This document shows, piece after piece, positions 8,577 through 17,688 of a stretch of 64,000 nucleotides of DNA. Numbering within the stretch: position 1 is the first letter of the stretch; each line of letters opens with the position of its first letter. This stretch comes from Candidatus Forterrea multitransposorum CG_2015-17_Forterrea_25_41. Lineage in GTDB: Archaea; Iainarchaeota; Iainarchaeia; Iainarchaeales; CSSED10-239. A program made the translations under genes and the position numbers. The stretch is from assembly GCA_009392915.1 (NCBI GenBank), contig CP045477.1, positions 640,001 to 704,000 on the forward strand, read 5' to 3'. The notes beneath the pieces are model-generated. The model had not been told where the DNA came from and did no database searches. It worked only from the letters and a program-made list of their open reading frames with translations.

Positions 8577-9383
8577 TTATTCTAAAGCCTCTATTTTTTT
8601 TAAAATTTCATTGTATTTATTTACAGAAATATCAACCATTGTAAAAATTTCTTCTTCAGTAAAAACACCATTTTTACTTTTTTGACAAGAAACAACAGTA
8701 TCTTTTACAAGACCTAAACTAAATCTTGCATCTGAAGCATATTCTTCTGATTCTGTAGGATCAACAATTATTTTTCCTTCAATTTTTTCAAAAGTAAAAC
8801 TTAAAGGAATATTTAAAAGTTCTAATTTTTTATCAGAATATTCTTTTGAAATAATATTATTTTTTTCATCAAGTTTTGGTATCTTAGCGTTTTTTAAAGC
8901 TGCAAGAGCTGCAATTTCAGTTGCATCAATTAAATTACCATCAGCATTAATTGCAATACAATCAACGAAAATAATAAATACTTTTTCTCCTGCGACAATT
9001 GAAAGTTTTTTAAAATCTATTGCTTCTGCAGATCTTATTGCTCTATCAGCAACTCTTCCATACTCAAGAGCATCTATTTGTGGAGGACCTGTTGAAAAAT
9101 CAGGAGAAGAAATTCCAGTAAGCTCTAAGTTAAGAGACATGCTTCCTTCATCTGGAGAATCTGGATATGGTGTTCCTACTGCAAATTTAATTCCAGCAAC
9201 AATTTCTGTTTTTCCAAGTTTAACCCAAGCAGAACCATCTGCTGAAGACAAAACTGAAGTTTTAATTTCAAGATCTCTAAAATCTTCAAATCCTCTATTA
9301 TCTTCTCTTTTTCCATTTTTTATTTTTTCTTTAATGCTTCCCGCATTAATTAAATTTAATATATCACTCATTAATATCACCAT
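8577..9383 (-). CDS. rrp42: exosome complex RNase PH-like subunit Rrp42
   Basis: RNase PH fold (ADGSAWVKLGKTEIVAGIK...). Non-catalytic partner directly downstream of Rrp41, overlapping it by ~20 nt. Confidence 0.85.
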   Translation of the reverse strand: MVILMSDILNLINAGSIKEKIKNGKREDNRGFEDFRDLEIKTSVLSSADGSAWVKLGKTEIVAGIKFAVGTPYPDSPDEGSMSLNLELTGISSPDFSTGPPQIDALEYGRVADRAIRSAEAIDFKKLSIVAGEKVFIIFVDCIAINADGNLIDATEIAALAALKNAKIPKLDEKNNIISKEYSDKKLELLNIPLSFTFEKIEGKIIVDPTESEEYASDARFSLGLVKDTVVSCQKSKNGVFTEEEIFTMVDISVNKYNEILKKIEALE

Positions 9384-10068
9384 TTACAGGGTATTTTTCA
9401 AGTAAAGCATTCTTTTGAAGAGCATATACTTTTTCTGCAGCTGAAAAACCCATTGAAACCATTTTTTTCCAATCGTCTTTGTTTACAAAACCATCCATTT
9501 GTAAAAGAGCAATTTCTTTTTGAGGCATAGTAATTGCAATTGCAGTGTCAACTGCATCAGGTGCATCTTCTTCATCTTTAGTTAAATCATAGATTAAATC
9601 TCCATTTGCTCTTCCAATAGCAACCGCTGAAACTAAACCTTTCATTGGAAGACCTGCATCTGCACATGCTAAAGAAGCTGCTGTTAAAGCTGCAACTCTT
9701 GTACCTGCATCAGCTGAAAGAATTAATGTGTTTACATTAATAACTGTGTTTGGAAATTTTTCAGTCATAATAACAGATTCTAAAGCAAAACCTGAAACTA
9801 AAGAAATTTCTTTATCTCTTTTTCCAGGAACTGGAGATTTTCTATCAGAAACTGAAAAAGGAGCCATTCTATATCTATAATCTACAACTGCTCTTTGAGA
9901 ATTTGACAAATGTTTTGGAAACATTGGTCTTGGTCCGTGAACTGTTGCAACAACTGTGTTTTTACCCCATTCAAGATAACATGAACCAGCAGCACTTTTT
10001 ACAACTCCAAGTTCTATCTTGATTGGTCTTAAATCATCTTTTTTTCTACCATCTAATCTTGTACTCAT
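9364..10068 (-). CDS. rrp41: exosome complex catalytic subunit Rrp41 (RNase PH)
   Basis: MSTRLDGRKKDDLRPIKIELGV...AAGSCYLEWGKNTVVATVHGPR...LSADAGTRVAALTAASLACADAG carries the RNase PH signatures. Confidence 0.9.
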   Translation of the reverse strand: MSTRLDGRKKDDLRPIKIELGVVKSAAGSCYLEWGKNTVVATVHGPRPMFPKHLSNSQRAVVDYRYRMAPFSVSDRKSPVPGKRDKEISLVSGFALESVIMTEKFPNTVINVNTLILSADAGTRVAALTAASLACADAGLPMKGLVSAVAIGRANGDLIYDLTKDEEDAPDAVDTAIAITMPQKEIALLQMDGFVNKDDWKKMVSMGFSAAEKVYALQKNALLEKYPVNGDINE

Positions 10069-10074
10069 AATTTA

Positions 10075-10698
10075 TCACTTTAATTTATTTTTTTCAAAAA
10101 AATCTTTTACACTGTTTGTAAGATTTGATTTTTGAGAATTTTTTACAACTAATGAAAATGCTCTCTTTGCAAGGGATACATCTTCTGAGTTATACCAAAT
10201 CCATCCATTTTTACCAATAACTATATTTCCACCTAAATGTTCTTTAAATAAATTTAGCATAGATTCATTTTTACCAATAAGTCTTGGTATCTTAACTGGA
10301 GAGGTTTGAAAAACTCTTGCTTTTGGTAAAATATTTATGTTATCAAACTCTAAAGAACCATTGTCTGCTATATTTTTAATTCTTAAAAAAACAACAGTAC
10401 CAATAGCAAGTTCTTTTCTAATATTTGATTTTAAAAGAAAAGAATCATCAAAAGAATTATATTCTAAAATATAACCATTAAGCACTTCATCTTTTACAAC
10501 AGCAATAATTCCATCTCCAGATATTGGAGAATAAGGGCCGTTTAAAGGTATTACTGAAACAAAATCATTTGATTCAGATAGAATACCAATAATTGAACTA
10601 TATATTTTGTTGTTTTCAAAATAAACATTTTGTCCTAATTTTTTTACCTGATCTGTTATTAAGTCGCCAGGAACAACTATTTTTTTTTCTGTATTCAT
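10075..10698 (-). CDS. rrp4: exosome RNA-binding subunit Rrp4 (S1 + KH)
   Basis: N-terminal VVPGDLITD, S1-like core, and KH motif IGKNGWIW near the C-terminus. Confidence 0.85.
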   Translation of the reverse strand: MNTEKKIVVPGDLITDQVKKLGQNVYFENNKIYSSIIGILSESNDFVSVIPLNGPYSPISGDGIIAVVKDEVLNGYILEYNSFDDSFLLKSNIRKELAIGTVVFLRIKNIADNGSLEFDNINILPKARVFQTSPVKIPRLIGKNESMLNLFKEHLGGNIVIGKNGWIWYNSEDVSLAKRAFSLVVKNSQKSNLTNSVKDFFEKNKLK

Positions 10699-10710
10699 AT
10701 TTTATCACAT

Positions 10711-11436
10711 TTAATTTTCATCAACAACAGTTGCAACTAAATTCCCATGAGTTAAATTATTAAGATCAGAAACTAAATTTTGTTTTTGACCTGCTGGAAT
10801 TTTTATTTTTGCAACTAATGCACCGCTTGAAAGCCATTTTTGATCTACAATTTCTTGTTTGTAGATTACAGATGATATTTTTCCTGCATAATTTGCAGGA
10901 ACTTCAACCATTAAAATAATTTTTTCAAAAGAGATTGGCATTATTCTTTTTAATTTATCTACAATTTCTTCAATTTCTTTTTCTTTGTGTTTACTTAAAT
11001 TTATTTTAATTTTAAGTTCTTCAAAAGCATTAACTATTCTTTGTTCAGGAATAGGAGTTTTGTTTTTAGGATCATGAGCATATTTTGAAATATAATTAAT
11101 TATTTCTTTTTCTCTTTTTTCCATCATTAATTGTTTTTGAGCAGTTGTTAATTGAACATCTCCATCTTTAACAATTTTTTCTGCTATTTTAAAAACATCT
11201 TCAGTTTCAAAATGTTCTAAAAGTAATTCTCTTGAAGCAACATTTGATTTTTGAAGATCAGAATAAACTTCTTCATAAGCTAAAACATCTTCAATCTTTA
11301 AATCAGATTTTCCAAGTCTAAAATCCCATGCTTGGAAAGGATATACTAAAATTTCAAAATTATGATCTGCTCTTTTAATTTTGGCAACAACTGTATTTTC
11401 TAAATTACCTTTATTTTTTTCACCCTTATAAAACAT
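10711..11436 (-). CDS. SBDS/Sdo1 ribosome maturation protein homolog
   Basis: VVAKIKRADHNFEILVYPFQAWDFRLGK..IEDVLAYEEVYSDLQKSNVASRELLLEHFETEDVFKIAEKIVKDGDVQLT matches the SBDS N-terminal FYSH domain. 241 aa, conserved superoperon position. Confidence 0.8.
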   Translation of the reverse strand: MFYKGEKNKGNLENTVVAKIKRADHNFEILVYPFQAWDFRLGKSDLKIEDVLAYEEVYSDLQKSNVASRELLLEHFETEDVFKIAEKIVKDGDVQLTTAQKQLMMEKREKEIINYISKYAHDPKNKTPIPEQRIVNAFEELKIKINLSKHKEKEIEEIVDKLKRIMPISFEKIILMVEVPANYAGKISSVIYKQEIVDQKWLSSGALVAKIKIPAGQKQNLVSDLNNLTHGNLVATVVDEN

Positions 11437-11453
11437 AATTACTCATATCCTCC

Positions 11454-11852
11454 TTAACCTTTTAATTTTTTATTAACATTTTTTAAAATTTCTAAAACTT
11501 CTTTACCTTCTTTTCTATTGATAGCTTTTGAAAATTCTTTTATAAACTCATTATGTTTTTCTGTTTTTGAAAAACTCCATAAAAATTTACTAAAAATATT
11601 CTCAAACAAAGTCTCTGCTTTTTCTTTTTCAACTTTAGAAAGACCATTTACTTTATGTTTTACTCTTGCAGATAAAATTTTATGATTTGCAAGCATTTTT
11701 TGATCTAAAACAACACCTGTACTAAATTTAGATGCATTTGATTTATTTTTCACAAAAGTTTCAGCTAAACTTTTATATTCCTGAATAGAAGGATGTTTTT
11801 TTAAATTTTTAAGATAAGGATTTTTTTTTAATGCAGGATTATTACTTTTCAT
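11454..11852 (-). CDS. uncharacterized small basic protein, paralog A of a tandem pair
   Basis: 132 aa, Lys-rich. Shares blocks NHKILSARVKHK / INRKEGKEVLEIL with the neighbour at 11865-12260. No known family recognised. Confidence 0.4.
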   Translation of the reverse strand: MKSNNPALKKNPYLKNLKKHPSIQEYKSLAETFVKNKSNASKFSTGVVLDQKMLANHKILSARVKHKVNGLSKVEKEKAETLFENIFSKFLWSFSKTEKHNEFIKEFSKAINRKEGKEVLEILKNVNKKLKG

Positions 11853-11864
11853 ATTTTTTTCACT

Positions 11865-12260
11865 CTAAATATATTTTTTTGAAATTTCCATTAATATTTC
11901 TAAAACTTCTCTACCTTTTTTTCGATTTATCTTTTCTGCAAAAACTTTTGAAAATTCAAAATATTTTAAACAACAATTTTTTTCTTCTAAAAGATTTAGT
12001 TTATTATAAATCTTATTTAAGAGAGAGAGTGCTTTTTTCTTGTCTTCAACAGGTAAATTTTTTAGTTTATTTGAAACTCTAACACTTAATATTTTATAGT
12101 TTACTAAATTTCTTTCAATTAACATATGTTTCTTTAAAACTTTATCTGTGGTTCCTTTAAGTTTTGTTGCAAATCCCTTATAATGACTAACAGTATGAGA
12201 TTTTTTTAAATCTGTTATCATTTTATTTTTTTTCAATGAAGGAAGATTTGTTTTTGGCAT
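11865..12260 (-). CDS. uncharacterized small basic protein, paralog B of a tandem pair
   Basis: 131 aa. NYKILSVRVSNK / INRKKGREVLEIL is paralogous to the preceding ORF. Inserted between psmA and SBDS. Confidence 0.4.
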   Translation of the reverse strand: MPKTNLPSLKKNKMITDLKKSHTVSHYKGFATKLKGTTDKVLKKHMLIERNLVNYKILSVRVSNKLKNLPVEDKKKALSLLNKIYNKLNLLEEKNCCLKYFEFSKVFAEKINRKKGREVLEILMEISKKYI

Positions 12261-12283
12261 ATTTTATTTAACACTTAATATTT

Positions 12284-13006
12284 TTAAATTAATTTAGAAT
12301 ATTTTTCAAAAGGTACAACAGAATCGTTATTATCATTTATGTGTATTACTTCTATATTCTTTGAATCTAATTTTTGTTTAGCTTCAAGATTTAAAGATAA
12401 AGTTTTAATTGCAAGTTTTAAAGCATCTTCAAAATTTAAATTATCTTTATAATTCTTTTCTAAATGTGCCATTAATTTTGGTTTATTTTGACCAATAGCT
12501 ATAGCTTTATAAGCTGTTGTTGCTCCACTTGGTTCTATTTCATAAATATGTTTTCCTAATGAATCAATACCTGCAACAATTAAAGAAACACCAAAAGGTC
12601 TTGCTCCTCCATATTGTGTAAAATATTGAACTACATTTCCAACTTTTTTAACTAAAGTATCAATTTCTATAGGATCGTCATAGTAAACTTTATTTTCTTG
12701 AGCCATTTGTCTTGAATAATCAACTAAACGTCTACCATCTCCAATAAGTCCAGAACAAGCAACCCATACATGTTTATCAACTTTAAAAACTTTCTCAACA
12801 GAAGATGGAATTACAAGTGATGAAAAGATTTTTTTATCAGCAACTAAAACAATTCCTTCTTTGTAAGTTACAGCAACAGCTGGACTTCCTTTTTCAATTA
12901 TTTTAGAAGCATAATCAACCTGGTATAAATGTCCTTCAGGACTAAAAACTGTTATTGATCTGTCATATGCTTGTGCCATTGCATTATTATTAGAAATTGG
13001 AAACAT
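12284..13006 (-). CDS. psmA: proteasome subunit alpha
   Basis: YDRSITVFSPEGHLYQVDYA is the proteasome-alpha signature; 240 aa. Confidence 0.95.
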   Translation of the reverse strand: MFPISNNNAMAQAYDRSITVFSPEGHLYQVDYASKIIEKGSPAVAVTYKEGIVLVADKKIFSSLVIPSSVEKVFKVDKHVWVACSGLIGDGRRLVDYSRQMAQENKVYYDDPIEIDTLVKKVGNVVQYFTQYGGARPFGVSLIVAGIDSLGKHIYEIEPSGATTAYKAIAIGQNKPKLMAHLEKNYKDNLNFEDALKLAIKTLSLNLEAKQKLDSKNIEVIHINDNNDSVVPFEKYSKLI

Positions 13007-13200
13007 ATTTTATTCACCTTTTTTTTCCTTTAATTATAATTATAAATAAAAATAGCTTTTTTTAAGATAAAATACTAATTAATAAAAAGCTATTAAATAA
13101 TAGCTAAAAATACTTAAACTTTAGTTACCTCTACTATTCTATACTATATATTATTATAGCAACAGATATAAAAACATTATGATTAATAAAAATATACAAT

Positions 13201-13518
13201 TTAATCTAATGATTTAAGAGTAGAAACTTGCTTAGTTACATAAACTAAACCTAAATCTTGCTTTAAATAGAAAATAGATGTTAAAAAAGAATCTTTGTAA
13301 TCTTTATTAATCCTAACAATTGCTGTGTTTTTTGTTGACTTCATTAAAGTAATATTTGCATTAACTAAACTAAACAAACCAAAAATATTTTGATAATTTT
13401 TTAAAAACAAACTAAAAAGATTATTAGAATATTCCTTTGTAAACTCTAACTTAAAATATATTTTTTTATGTCTTAAAGTTGGTCTTATAACATTTAATTT
13501 TTTTTTTAGTTTCACCAT
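13201..13518 (-). CDS. RNase P protein component Pop5 (Rnp2)
   Basis: VIRPTLRHKKIYFKLEF matches the Pop5 N-terminus (LRPTWRERHRYIAFEI). ~105 aa, conserved position upstream of psmA. Confidence 0.6.
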   Translation of the reverse strand: MVKLKKKLNVIRPTLRHKKIYFKLEFTKEYSNNLFSLFLKNYQNIFGLFSLVNANITLMKSTKNTAIVRINKDYKDSFLTSIFYLKQDLGLVYVTKQVSTLKSLD

Positions 13519-14132
13519 TTATTATCAACCATCCCTTTTGATAAGATTTTTAAAATAAATGATTCTTCTAAATCAAAATTTTTTAATAAACTAAATAAAA
13601 TATCTCTTGAAACTAAATCTTCTTTTGTTTTTGCAAAAGACGCAAATGTAAAATCAACTAGATGTATTTTTAAAAGGTTTACAATAAATAAATTTTGTTT
13701 TAAATATTTATTTTGTAATGGTTTATCTCTTAATAGATTATAATTAAAAATAACTTTTACTTTATGTTGAAAACAAGATCTTGCATTTTGTTCATCAAAA
13801 ATCAATTTATCAGAAAGTGGATTATATAAAAAAGGAATATTTTTACTTGTTGAAATTACTGTATTATTTTTTAAAGATTGAGAAGTTACTAAAAATAATT
13901 CTTTTTTTTTATAAAAATGTGCAAGAGAAGGTTCTTTTAAAAGATAAGCTTTCTTAAGTTTTAATATTTTTGATTTAGGTAAAATAAAATCTTTTTCTAA
14001 ATCTTCTTTTTTAGATATTTCTCTAAAAACATAGATATTTTTTATATTTAATTTTGTAAAAGTCTCTTCTAAATCTTCAATAGAATATTTTTCTATTAAA
14101 TCATCCATTACAAAATCAAATGTATTTTTCAT
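13512..14132 (-). CDS. probable RNase P protein component Rpp30 (Rnp3)
   Basis: 206 aa, translationally coupled upstream of Pop5 as in the canonical superoperon. The sequence is divergent, so the assignment rests mostly on position and size. Confidence 0.4.
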   Translation of the reverse strand: MKNTFDFVMDDLIEKYSIEDLEETFTKLNIKNIYVFREISKKEDLEKDFILPKSKILKLKKAYLLKEPSLAHFYKKKELFLVTSQSLKNNTVISTSKNIPFLYNPLSDKLIFDEQNARSCFQHKVKVIFNYNLLRDKPLQNKYLKQNLFIVNLLKIHLVDFTFASFAKTKEDLVSRDILFSLLKNFDLEESFILKILSKGMVDNKW

Positions 14133-14136
14133 AAAA

Positions 14137-15843
14137 TCACATTTTACTAGGAACTTTTATGCCTAAAAGATTTAAAGCATTATTTAAAGTAATTAAAAAA
14201 GCTTTAATTAATAATAATCTAGTATTTTTTGTATTTTCATTAACAACTAATACAGGACAATTAGTATAGAATTTATTAAAGATATGAGAGAGTTCTAAAA
14301 CATAATTAACCATTACATGTGATTTATAGCCTTTATATGAGACAAATACTTTTTCTTTAAAATCATTTATTTTTAAAGCTAATAAAATTTCATCTTCTTC
14401 TAAAGAATAATCAATAATTAAAGAATCTAAAGATAAATCACTTGAATTTGATTTTTCTAAAATACTTTTAGCTCTAACCCCACTATATTGAACATATGGA
14501 GAAGAATCTCCTTGGAAATCAAGAGCAGAACTTATATCAAATACAATTGTTTTATTTAGATTTGTTTTAAGCATTTCAAATTTAATAACTCCAAAAGATA
14601 TATCTCTAACAATAGAATCATCAAAATCTAAACCATTTTCAATTAATTTATTTTTAACTCCAGAAAACAAAGAATCTCTGAAATCTTCATAAAGAAAACT
14701 CTCGCCTTCTCTTGATTTCATTTTCCCTTCAGAAGTATTTATAAGTCCATGATTAATATGGAAGTGTGTTGTTGAAGGATAAATAAAAGAAAATAATTTA
14801 AATAATTGTTTAAAATAAAAATCTTGTTCACTTGCAACTACATATAAAAAATCATTACAAGAAGGATATCTTTCTTTTTTTAAAGAAACTAAACCAATAT
14901 CTTTTGCTCCATAAAGAGCAGCACCATTTTGTTTAATTAAAATAAAATTACCTAAAGATTCATCTTTTAAATCAGCTACAATAGCGCCATCATCTTCTAA
15001 AAATAATTCTTTATTTTCAGAAAATAATTTATCTTTAACTTCAAAAAATCTTTTTTCAGTATCAGATTCAAAAAAACTACTATCTAAATAAACATCAAGT
15101 TCTTTTCCAACATCCATGTAAGCTTGATGACTTTTATTTGCTAAATTTTTAATTTCTTCTTGAAGAGAACTTGATTGCATAATTTCTACTTGAAGAGAAT
15201 CAATTTCTTTAGTATAAACTTCTTTATTTTCTTCTAAAAGTAAACCTGCTTTAATATAGATACTTCCAAACCATTTAGAAACATCTTTATCAGGAATTTG
15301 CTTTTCTGAATCTGTTAGTTTAGAATAATACCAATACCATTTAGCAACATGAGTTCCTATATCTCCACCATAGGAAACAGGTTTAGGATCTGCTCCAACA
15401 AAGGTTAAAATTCTTGAAACAAAATCACCAGTTACAATGTTTCTTACATGTCCTATATGTAAAGTTTTTAGAGGATTTGCATTAAAGGTATCAATAACAT
15501 ATTGTTTATCATCTATTTTTAATGAACCATACTCTTTATCTTTTGTTAAAACTTCAGTAATTGTTTCTTTTAAAAGAAGAGAATCATTTATTTTTGCATT
15601 AAAATAACCATTAACTTCAGAAAAAGTAAATACTTCATTTGAAGGTATCTTTAAGTATAAATCTTTAGAAATCTCTTGAGGAGATTTTTTTAAAATTTTA
15701 GAAACTGCAAAACAAGGAAATGAAAGATCCCCTAAATCTCTTGAAGGAGGACTTGAGGTTAAGTTAAGTATCTCTTGAAAAGATTTAACATCATCTTTTA
15801 AAACTTGAAAAATAGAGTCTGCAAATAATTTTTTATAATCCAT
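14137..15843 (-). CDS. argS: arginyl-tRNA synthetase
   Basis: Class I HIGH motif (LKTLHIGHVRNIVTGD), N-terminal Arg-tRNA add-domain, and C-terminal DALR-type anticodon-binding region; 568 aa. Confidence 0.9.
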   Translation of the reverse strand: MDYKKLFADSIFQVLKDDVKSFQEILNLTSSPPSRDLGDLSFPCFAVSKILKKSPQEISKDLYLKIPSNEVFTFSEVNGYFNAKINDSLLLKETITEVLTKDKEYGSLKIDDKQYVIDTFNANPLKTLHIGHVRNIVTGDFVSRILTFVGADPKPVSYGGDIGTHVAKWYWYYSKLTDSEKQIPDKDVSKWFGSIYIKAGLLLEENKEVYTKEIDSLQVEIMQSSSLQEEIKNLANKSHQAYMDVGKELDVYLDSSFFESDTEKRFFEVKDKLFSENKELFLEDDGAIVADLKDESLGNFILIKQNGAALYGAKDIGLVSLKKERYPSCNDFLYVVASEQDFYFKQLFKLFSFIYPSTTHFHINHGLINTSEGKMKSREGESFLYEDFRDSLFSGVKNKLIENGLDFDDSIVRDISFGVIKFEMLKTNLNKTIVFDISSALDFQGDSSPYVQYSGVRAKSILEKSNSSDLSLDSLIIDYSLEEDEILLALKINDFKEKVFVSYKGYKSHVMVNYVLELSHIFNKFYTNCPVLVVNENTKNTRLLLIKAFLITLNNALNLLGIKVPSKM

Positions 15844-15894
15844 TCTAAAAAAACCTTTTTAAATTTATTTTACAAAATAGAAATTGTAAAAAAG

Positions 15895-15967
15895 CGAGTC
15901 CGGAGGGATTCGAACCCTCGACCCACAGCTTAGAAGGCTGTTGCCCTATCCACTAGGCCACGGACCC
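15895..15967 (-). tRNA. tRNA-Arg (anticodon TCT)
   Basis: Reverse complement: GGGTCCG-TG-GCCT-AGTGGATA-GGGC-A-ACAGC-CTTCTAA-GCTGT-GGGTC-GAGGG-TTCGAAT-CCCTC-CGGACTC-G. Anticodon loop CT-TCT-AA. No CCA encoded. Confidence 0.8.
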
Positions 15968-16047
15968 ATATATATATTATGAAAGAATAAATATTTAAAG
16001 GAAAGCTATTTTTAACTTTTTTGAAAAAAAGAAAAAAAAAGGAAAAA

Positions 16048-17640
16048 TTAATTTCCTGTGTTGTTAGAAGATAAATTTGTGTATGCTTCTTCTAATTCCT
16101 GAATTTCATCTTGATAATTTAAAGATACAAGATCATATACTGTTTGAACTCCTAAAACAGGATTTAATTCAAATAATTTTCTATTAACATCTAAAGAAAT
16201 ATTTTGATCTTCAGAACATTTTAAGAAAAGTATAGGGAATATTGAAAAAACATCATTTGTAACTAAAGGTTTAATTACAAGATTTATTTTATCAGAATAT
16301 AAATATTCTTCATAAAATTCATCTGTTAAAGTTTCTTTTTCAAATTGATTACAATAAGGACAATCATAATCTGTGAAAAGAACAACTGAAACAGGTGCAT
16401 CTTCTGTACCAATTAATTTATCTGATTCTTTAATAATTGAAGAATAATCTAATATTTTATAGATACCATCAATACCACTACCTAAAGCAAGTTGAGGGAA
16501 AACATCTTCTCTTAAGATATATCCATTGTTAACAGTTTCTTCTTTAAAGATTAAATTAAAAATATCTTTATTTTCAGAACCATTAAAATCAACGGAATTA
16601 ACATCTCCTAAAACATACATTGCAGGTAATGTATTTGAACCAATAGTTTCTAAAATTTCAATTCCTAATTCAGAATCGTATTGTACATATTCAACATCTA
16701 AATCAAATAAAACAGAGAAAATAGAATTTACATTTTCAAGTAATAATTCAGAAGTTTTTAAATATTCAATAAACTCTGTATTCTTTTCAGAAATCATTTC
16801 ATTTTCTTTATCGTAAATATAATACATTTTTAATGAATCTTGAGTATATGAAAATGAAGAATTATCATAATTTAGATCTAATGACTCTACGTTTTCTACA
16901 GAATCAATAAACTCTGTAAAAACATTATAATCTTTAAAACCAGATAAATTATATCCATTTACATAGATTGTTGGAGTTGACATTACATATAATTCTTGTG
17001 CTTGTAAGAAATCATTTTGTATTACACTTACTTTTTCATAATCATATAGATTAGAATCTTTTAAAAGATAATTATTTTCTAAAAGACAAGCATCCATTTC
17101 TTCAGAATTAATATTTAAATCTGAATAACTTTCTTCTAAAATTTCTTTTTGATAAGTTCTCATATCAGTTAAAAGAGTTAAAGTTAAGTTTAATGATTTT
17201 TCTTCAAATTCTTCTGCACTCATAGTAACAGTAAAAGTATTTGAATCAATTGTATTTGTGTCAGTTCCATTTAAAGGATCATCATTTGTTTGAACAGGAG
17301 TTATAGGAATTAAAAATGCTAAAGCAATAATTAAAACTATTAAACCAGCTAAAACACCAATAATTACATAATCTCTTTTTTTAGTAGATCTCTTTTTTGA
17401 AACATCTTTATGTTTTTCGTGAGAATGAACTTCAACTTTTGGTTCGTGTTTTTCAATTTCAACTTTTTTAGGTGTTGAAACTTTTTTTGAACTCATCTTC
17501 TTTGGCATTGCCTTTTTTGAAGTAGTTGATTTTTTTTTTGCTTTGTTTTTATTAACATCTAAAACAGTATTTGTATCTTCAAAAACAACTTGTACTTTTT
17601 TTGGAGATTTAGCTTTAGATTTTTTTTTAGTTTTAGCCAA
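16048..17640 (-). CDS. membrane-anchored DsbA-like thiol-disulfide oxidoreductase with poly-Lys cytoplasmic tail
   Basis: The first ~95 aa are ~35% Lys, followed by one TM helix (YVIIGVLAGLIVLIIALAFLI). The extracytoplasmic region carries thioredoxin-fold modules, including DYDCPYCNQFEKE, a DsbA-type CPYC active site. Confidence 0.55.
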   Translation of the reverse strand: MAKTKKKSKAKSPKKVQVVFEDTNTVLDVNKNKAKKKSTTSKKAMPKKMSSKKVSTPKKVEIEKHEPKVEVHSHEKHKDVSKKRSTKKRDYVIIGVLAGLIVLIIALAFLIPITPVQTNDDPLNGTDTNTIDSNTFTVTMSAEEFEEKSLNLTLTLLTDMRTYQKEILEESYSDLNINSEEMDACLLENNYLLKDSNLYDYEKVSVIQNDFLQAQELYVMSTPTIYVNGYNLSGFKDYNVFTEFIDSVENVESLDLNYDNSSFSYTQDSLKMYYIYDKENEMISEKNTEFIEYLKTSELLLENVNSIFSVLFDLDVEYVQYDSELGIEILETIGSNTLPAMYVLGDVNSVDFNGSENKDIFNLIFKEETVNNGYILREDVFPQLALGSGIDGIYKILDYSSIIKESDKLIGTEDAPVSVVLFTDYDCPYCNQFEKETLTDEFYEEYLYSDKINLVIKPLVTNDVFSIFPILFLKCSEDQNISLDVNRKLFELNPVLGVQTVYDLVSLNYQDEIQELEEAYTNLSSNNTGN

Positions 17641-17688
17641 AAATAATCACCTTTTATTTAATTATAATAATAGTAATTAAAAACAAAA

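Noticed and set aside
9139-9405. 88-aa plus-strand ORF inside rrp42
   Set aside because: Antisense to a conserved exosome gene. Other antisense ORFs (11831, 16526, 18661, 19246, 21777, 23851, 25967, 26459, 27639, 29335, 31225, 31428, 31607, 32352, 34045, 34512, 41450, 46175, 48308, 57663, 7622) are rejected for the same reason.
13051-13094. 11-bp perfect inverted repeat (AATAGCTTTTT ... AAAAAGCTATT) with 22-nt loop between pop5 and psmA
   Set aside because: It may be a terminator or operator, but AT-rich palindromes of this size arise easily by chance in ~75% AT DNA. There is no T-tract or promoter context to support it.
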